Positions 59,547 to 64,000 of a DNA stretch of 64,000 nucleotides are shown here, piece after piece (position 1 is the stretch's first letter; each line of letters begins with the position of its first letter). The DNA comes from an uncultured Fidelibacterota bacterium. GTDB taxonomy: Bacteria; Fidelibacterota; Marinisomatia; Marinisomatales; UBA1611. The notes under the pieces were generated by a model that saw nothing but the letters and a program-made list of their open reading frames with translations, searched no databases and was not told where the DNA came from. The translations under genes were made by a program, and so were the position numbers. The DNA is taken from positions 32,001 through 96,000 of the forward strand of contig CAJWHW010000001.1 of the NCBI GenBank assembly GCA_913040915.1, in the 5' to 3' direction.

Positions 59547-60107
59547 TTATTTTAAATTTTGTAGAATACGTTTAGTTATTTCAGAAATTTCACCCAGACC
59601 ATTAATATTAATTAGGATATCTTTTTTCCGATAAAAGTCTAACAATGGTGCTGTTTGTTCCCAATAGATTTTTTGGCGATTTCGAATTATTTTAGGATTA
59701 TCGTCACTTCTTCCAGACTCTTTTTTTCTATTTATAAGTCGCTTAACCAATTCGCTTTCATCTGCAACTAAACTAATTACAAAATCTAAACGATGGCCTT
59801 CATTATATAATATTTTTTCCAAGCCCTCTGCTTGTGCCAGTGTTCTTGGAAAACCATCTAACAAATAGCCATTACTACAGTCAGGTCTTGCAACTCGATC
59901 TTTTACAATTTTAATTAATATTTCATCCGGAACAAGGTGACCCTTATCTATAAAAGATTTTGCAATGACCCCAACTTTAGATTCTGCTTTAATTTTTAAC
60001 CTAAGGATTTCTCCTGTAGATAAATGCGTAATATTTAATGCATTTATTATCCGTTTAGCCTGGGTGCCTTTCCCGACACCTGGTGGCCCCATTATTGATA
60101 GTCTCAT
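59547..60107 (-). CDS. adk: Adenylate kinase (short, LID-less type)
   Basis: GPPGVGKGTQA, HLSTG.ILR, G.LVPD, LDGFPRT..QA, R.DD, QT.PL..Y. Confidence 0.92.
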   Translation of the reverse strand: MRLSIMGPPGVGKGTQAKRIINALNITHLSTGEILRLKIKAESKVGVIAKSFIDKGHLVPDEILIKIVKDRVARPDCSNGYLLDGFPRTLAQAEGLEKILYNEGHRLDFVISLVADESELVKRLINRKKESGRSDDNPKIIRNRQKIYWEQTAPLLDFYRKKDILININGLGEISEITKRILQNLK

Positions 60108-60126
60108 GTTCTAATAGCAATTGTTC

Positions 60127-61347
60127 TTAAATTAAAATACCTGCAATTGTAGCCGTTAGCCAAGAAGCAATAGCGCCACCAATCATTGCTTTGGATACAA
60201 GCTCTGCTAAATCTTTTTTCCTATTAGGTGCAATCCCACCAATACCGCCTAATTGAATCCCGATGGATCCAAAATTTGCAAAACCGCACAGGGCATAACT
60301 AGCAATAATTGCTGTGCGTTCAGAAATTTGCCCAGAAACTAAAATTATTTTTAAATCACTGTAAGCAATCAATTCTGTAAAAGCAATTTTTTTACCCATT
60401 AAGGTCCCCATCATAGCAGATTCTTTCCAGGGAACGCCCATGGACCAGGCCAACGGCTTAAAAAGAAGTCCCAATAATTGATCAATAGATGTTCCAAGGA
60501 AACTCAGTAAGTAATTTAGCATGGCAACAATTGAAATAAATGCAACCAGCATAGCTGCTACATTTGCTGCTAATTTCATTCCCTCTGTCGCGCCGTTACC
60601 AAGTGCTTCCATGACATTTGAGCTTGATTTTTTAATTTCAATATTTAGATCACCAATTGTATCTGACGGTTCTGTTTCGGGATAAATAATTTTGGCAATT
60701 ACAAGTGCTGCAGGAGCCGACATAACGGATGCAGCTAAAAGATGTCCTGCAATCCCTGGAATATCTGTGAGCCATTTCACATAAATAGCCAATACGCCAC
60801 CGGCAACTGTAGAAAAACCACCTACCATGACAGCCATCAGTTCTGATTTGGTCATTGTTTGAATAAAAGGTCGAACCATGAGTGGCGCTTCTGTCTGTCC
60901 CACAAAAATATTAGCTGAGACACTCAACGTTTCTGATCCGCTACTTCCCATTGTTTTTTGCATCAATTTAGAAATTGCTTTAACAACAATTTGAATAAGA
61001 CCAAAATGATAAAGTACCGACATAAGCGCAGAAAAAAAGATTATTGTTGGTAAGGCACGAAATGCAAAGTTGATCAGAGCGACATCAAATCCAACATCTG
61101 GGACAAATGAAGTAAATAAAAAATCCCCACCTGCATCAGAAAAACCGATTAATCTGGAAATAGCTTTATCCAATATTTCGAAAATGGGTTTCCCGACAGG
61201 TGTTTTTAAAATAAAAATAGCAATTGAAAGTTGCAAACCTAAGCCCCATCCAATAAGCCTATAATTTATATTTTTTCTATCGTTGGAAATAGTATAAGCA
61301 ATACCTAACAATACCACTATCCCAATAATTCCGGTGAATCGATCCAT
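60127..61347 (-). CDS. nupC: NupC/NupG-type (CNT family) nucleoside transporter
   Basis: FAF.ALP.IIFFS, ANIFVGQTEAP, MSAP, ALCGFANF.SIGI..GG. Confidence 0.93.
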   Translation of the reverse strand: MDRFTGIIGIVVLLGIAYTISNDRKNINYRLIGWGLGLQLSIAIFILKTPVGKPIFEILDKAISRLIGFSDAGGDFLFTSFVPDVGFDVALINFAFRALPTIIFFSALMSVLYHFGLIQIVVKAISKLMQKTMGSSGSETLSVSANIFVGQTEAPLMVRPFIQTMTKSELMAVMVGGFSTVAGGVLAIYVKWLTDIPGIAGHLLAASVMSAPAALVIAKIIYPETEPSDTIGDLNIEIKKSSSNVMEALGNGATEGMKLAANVAAMLVAFISIVAMLNYLLSFLGTSIDQLLGLLFKPLAWSMGVPWKESAMMGTLMGKKIAFTELIAYSDLKIILVSGQISERTAIIASYALCGFANFGSIGIQLGGIGGIAPNRKKDLAELVSKAMIGGAIASWLTATIAGILI

Positions 61348-61910
61348 TAAATTTCCTCCGGTGGCTCAAAACAATTTCGACACCGTGCTTCATATTTATC
61401 CAATTCGCCAATAACAACTTGTGCAGCATCTTTTGTTATCCGTTGAGTGCAAGAAGCTGGATTGCCACATTTCAAGCATATAGCACGCAATTTATCTAAA
61501 TAATCTGCTTCGCACATCAGTTTCGGCATGGGACCAAATGGACGCCCTCTGTAATCGGTATCTAAGCCAGCTACTACTACTCGTTTACCATCGGCGGCTA
61601 ATTGTTTGCAAACATTTAAAATCGAATTATCAAAAAATTGTGCTTCATCAATTGCAACTACACTTACCTGTTCGGTCAATGGTATTATTTCCTTTGATGA
61701 GTCAACTATATGTGCTTCAAGTTTAAGTTGATTGTGGCTCACTATATGTGATTCGCTGTATCGAGAATCAATTTTAGGCTTTATAATAATAGTAGACATT
61801 TTTGCGATTTGAGATCGGCGGATTCTACGAATCAATTCTTCAGTTTTACCTGAAAACATACTGCCGCAGATTACTTCTATCCAGCCGGAATCTAACGGAG
61901 TAAGCGTCAT
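61347..61910 (-). CDS. tdk: Thymidine kinase
   Basis: GSMFSGKTEEL, IDEAQFF, AGLD.DY...PFG, zinc CxxC pairs, YEARCR.C. Confidence 0.97.
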   Translation of the reverse strand: MTLTPLDSGWIEVICGSMFSGKTEELIRRIRRSQIAKMSTIIIKPKIDSRYSESHIVSHNQLKLEAHIVDSSKEIIPLTEQVSVVAIDEAQFFDNSILNVCKQLAADGKRVVVAGLDTDYRGRPFGPMPKLMCEADYLDKLRAICLKCGNPASCTQRITKDAAQVVIGELDKYEARCRNCFEPPEEI

Positions 61911-61953
61911 TATACCTCTTTATTTTAAGTAAAATTATGAAAAAGGATACGGG

Positions 61954-62337
61954 TCAGGTTAAGTGTGAATCTTCAAATGCATCGGGTAGAATTTCAGAAG
62001 ACATCACTGTTTTTACCAACCCGACTTTATCACAAATATAGATTGGAATTTCTCTACATAGATCCCAGATAACCTGACGACATGCACCGCAGGGTGTCCC
62101 ACCACTATTAGTCGCTATGGCAAGCGCCTTGAAAGAAGTATGACCTTCAGCTATGGCTCGAAATAGAGCTATTCTTTCTGCACAGCAGGTAAGTCCGTAA
62201 CTGGAAGACTCCACATTACAACCTCCGATTATATCACCAGATTGTGTTTCCACTGCTGCGCCCACACGAAAATTAGAATAAGGGGCGTGGGAGCGATTTC
62301 TCATATCAATGGCAGTTTTAATTAAATTCGTATTCAT
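61954..62337 (-). CDS. cdd: Cytidine deaminase (homotetrameric type)
   Basis: APYSNFRVGAA, G.NVE..SYGL..CAER, PCGACRQ. Confidence 0.96.
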   Translation of the reverse strand: MNTNLIKTAIDMRNRSHAPYSNFRVGAAVETQSGDIIGGCNVESSSYGLTCCAERIALFRAIAEGHTSFKALAIATNSGGTPCGACRQVIWDLCREIPIYICDKVGLVKTVMSSEILPDAFEDSHLT

Positions 62338-62990
62338 ATTTTTTCAACTCTGAATTTCTGAAAAAAATTTAAGGTTGCAACTCCTGCAACAAATCCACCA
62401 ATATGGGCAAACCACGCAACGCCACCTGTGGTATCTACACCCAAACTACTTAATCCTCCAGACAATTGCATTAAAAACCAAAGACCAAGGACAATATTTG
62501 CAGGCACCACAAATTTAGTAATAAACATAATAATGATGGCAAAAACATGTACACGTGCCCTTGGGAACCTAATCATATATGCACCTAATACACCTGCAAT
62601 AGCTCCACTCGCACCGACCATTGGAACCTGTGAATCTGGATCTATAATAAATTGGATTAAAGCTGCAATTACTCCACAGACAATGTAGAAAATGAAATAT
62701 TTGAAATGGCCCAGAATACTTTCTACATTATCGCCGAAAATATATAGAAACCACATATTGCCTAAAATATGTGCAAACCCACCATGTATAAACATGGATG
62801 TAAAAATTGTGAATGTATTGAATTCGGCAGGCACAAATCCAAAAGTATAAACAACTGCAATACCCAGCTGGGCATCGCTACCGGAGATTAAAAATTGTCC
62901 AAGAAATATTACAGTATTTAGGATAATGATTCCATAGTTCATAAAAGGGAAAAGAACCCTGGGATTATCATCTTTATATGGGAAAAACAT
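62334..62990 (-). CDS. Rhomboid family intramembrane serine protease
   Basis: TSMFIHGG..H..GNM.FL..FGDNVE, GASGAI, VAW.AH.GGF. Confidence 0.95.
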   Translation of the reverse strand: MFFPYKDDNPRVLFPFMNYGIIILNTVIFLGQFLISGSDAQLGIAVVYTFGFVPAEFNTFTIFTSMFIHGGFAHILGNMWFLYIFGDNVESILGHFKYFIFYIVCGVIAALIQFIIDPDSQVPMVGASGAIAGVLGAYMIRFPRARVHVFAIIIMFITKFVVPANIVLGLWFLMQLSGGLSSLGVDTTGGVAWFAHIGGFVAGVATLNFFQKFRVEKI

Positions 62991-64000
62991 TAATAGACGA
63001 CAAAATAGCTTGTTTCATATGATTCGTTTCCCATTCGGTCCCGTACTTTAAAATCTATTTTGTGTTGGCCTTCTGTAAGAAGTTTTTGAAAAGTATAGGA
63101 AATTTCTTTCTTTATGGGCTGATATGCATAAAAGACCGGTAGATCATTGAATAATAAGTCGAATGAATTCTCATCAGAATCAATTCCTGAAATAAGATCA
63201 TCCACAATAATTTTAATCTTTTTGACATCTTCGATATTGTATCGGCCACCATCTGCAGGAAAAGTTCTTCTGATTAAGGGTGAGTCCAAATCCTGAATAA
63301 TAGTGACGGCATCCATTTTGTTTAATTCAGCAGTCAGTATTTGTTTTTTATTATTATTCTCTGTGGTAGTGTATACCCATTTCTTTCTTTTTTGATTATA
63401 GTAGTAGATGCCTAGATTAGAATGGGCAGCCAAATCTCGATCATAACGGATCCCTATTTTGAATTTATTTTTTAAATTAATATCAAAAGGTTGAAGTTGG
63501 TAAATTGGTGATAAATGATATCCTTCTGTTATTTTTGGGAATTCATTTAATTTTTCAATCCAAATAATATTTGTTTGGTAAAATGTATTTTTTTGAGTTT
63601 GAATTGAACAATTTCTATCATTGGAAATCACAGTGGATTCTTGCCCTGGCCCTGTAGCAGTCATTTTATAATGGAACCGGGTTTCTCTTACTTTACCATC
63701 GTGATTTAGCTCAATATCGATATATTTCATATTATCAACAACATGATGAGACAGTCGTTCAGTGAGAAATGTATTTGGCTGAATTTGATCCATGGGATAG
63801 GACATAAATGTATTATCATTTGCAAGCTTAACAGTCGCTCTGGCAGGCGCATACTGATCCATTTCAACCTGAAAAAAAACACCTCCTCTAGTATTGGAAA
63901 TTTTGAGTTTAGGACGTACATCTATCACATTTAACCTTGATGGTGCAGCTGTCCAATGATATGGGCTGACCATTCCGCCTAGCTGATTTATACCAATAAT
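62990..64000 (-). CDS. C-terminal part of a large exported protein (architecture resembles M23 peptidase-family C-termini); 5'-truncated
   Basis: Frame open to the window edge; ends in D...P.I...D..SGI.......D..GN Ig-like module. No catalytic motif lies within the window. Confidence 0.5.
   Translation of the reverse strand: MIGINQLGGMVSPYHWTAAPSRLNVIDVRPKLKISNTRGGVFFQVEMDQYAPARATVKLANDNTFMSYPMDQIQPNTFLTERLSHHVVDNMKYIDIELNHDGKVRETRFHYKMTATGPGQESTVISNDRNCSIQTQKNTFYQTNIIWIEKLNEFPKITEGYHLSPIYQLQPFDINLKNKFKIGIRYDRDLAAHSNLGIYYYNQKRKKWVYTTTENNNKKQILTAELNKMDAVTIIQDLDSPLIRRTFPADGGRYNIEDVKKIKIIVDDLISGIDSDENSFDLLFNDLPVFYAYQPIKKEISYTFQKLLTEGQHKIDFKVRDRMGNESYETSYFVVY

Noticed and set aside
368..63934. 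The many 60-170 aa ORFs antisense to or nested in identified genes (e.g. 12642-13136, 18087-18590, 24095-24475, 47674-48072)
   Set aside because: They are shadows of well-supported genes, with no recognisable motifs or RBS.
1..64000. CRISPR arrays, IS/transposases, integrases, prophage, rRNA, defence islands
   Set aside because: No spaced direct-repeat array, no such protein motifs, and no intergenic gap large enough. The tRNA-Gln has no adjacent integrase or duplicated 3' end that I could see.

Overview
This is an AT-rich (roughly 35% GC by eye), very gene-dense bacterial chromosome segment made almost entirely of core genes. It carries lipid A and outer-membrane biogenesis genes (lpxK, lpxB, lpxD, lpxC, fabZ, lpxA, an LpxL-family acyltransferase, bamA, skp), MEP isoprenoid genes (ispD, ispF, ispE, dxr, uppS), DNA repair genes (uvrA, ruvB, priA, mutY), the ispE-tRNA(Gln)-prs-rplY-pth-hppA-rpsF-rpsR-rplI run, a nucleoside salvage operon and an nfeD-floA operon. 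Gene order, a PorV/PorQ-like barrel and the LpxC insert point to an FCB-superphylum diderm; a marine Marinimicrobia/SAR406-like organism is my inference and is not proven. I found no CRISPR array, transposase, integrase, prophage or rRNA, and no clearly new multi-gene defence or mobile system. The strongest oddities are: (1) a gnnA-like / LmtA-like methyltransferase / lpxB / DUF374 / lpxK operon that suggests Leptospira-style lipid A; (2) a full-length lpxA with no ATG/GTG/TTG start, apparently starting at ATT; (3) a proteobacterial-type FabA divergently paired with a FabL/FabI-like reductase; (4) MutY with an intact catalytic Nudix box; (5) an Mrp/ApbC lacking its CxxC motif; (6) a Na+-type pyrophosphatase inside the ribosomal protein run; (7) an Ig-repeat surface protein with a nested domain and an LVNTG-TM tail; (8) a methyltransferase inserted in the flotillin operon. 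All calls come from motif recognition by eye; no database searches were run.
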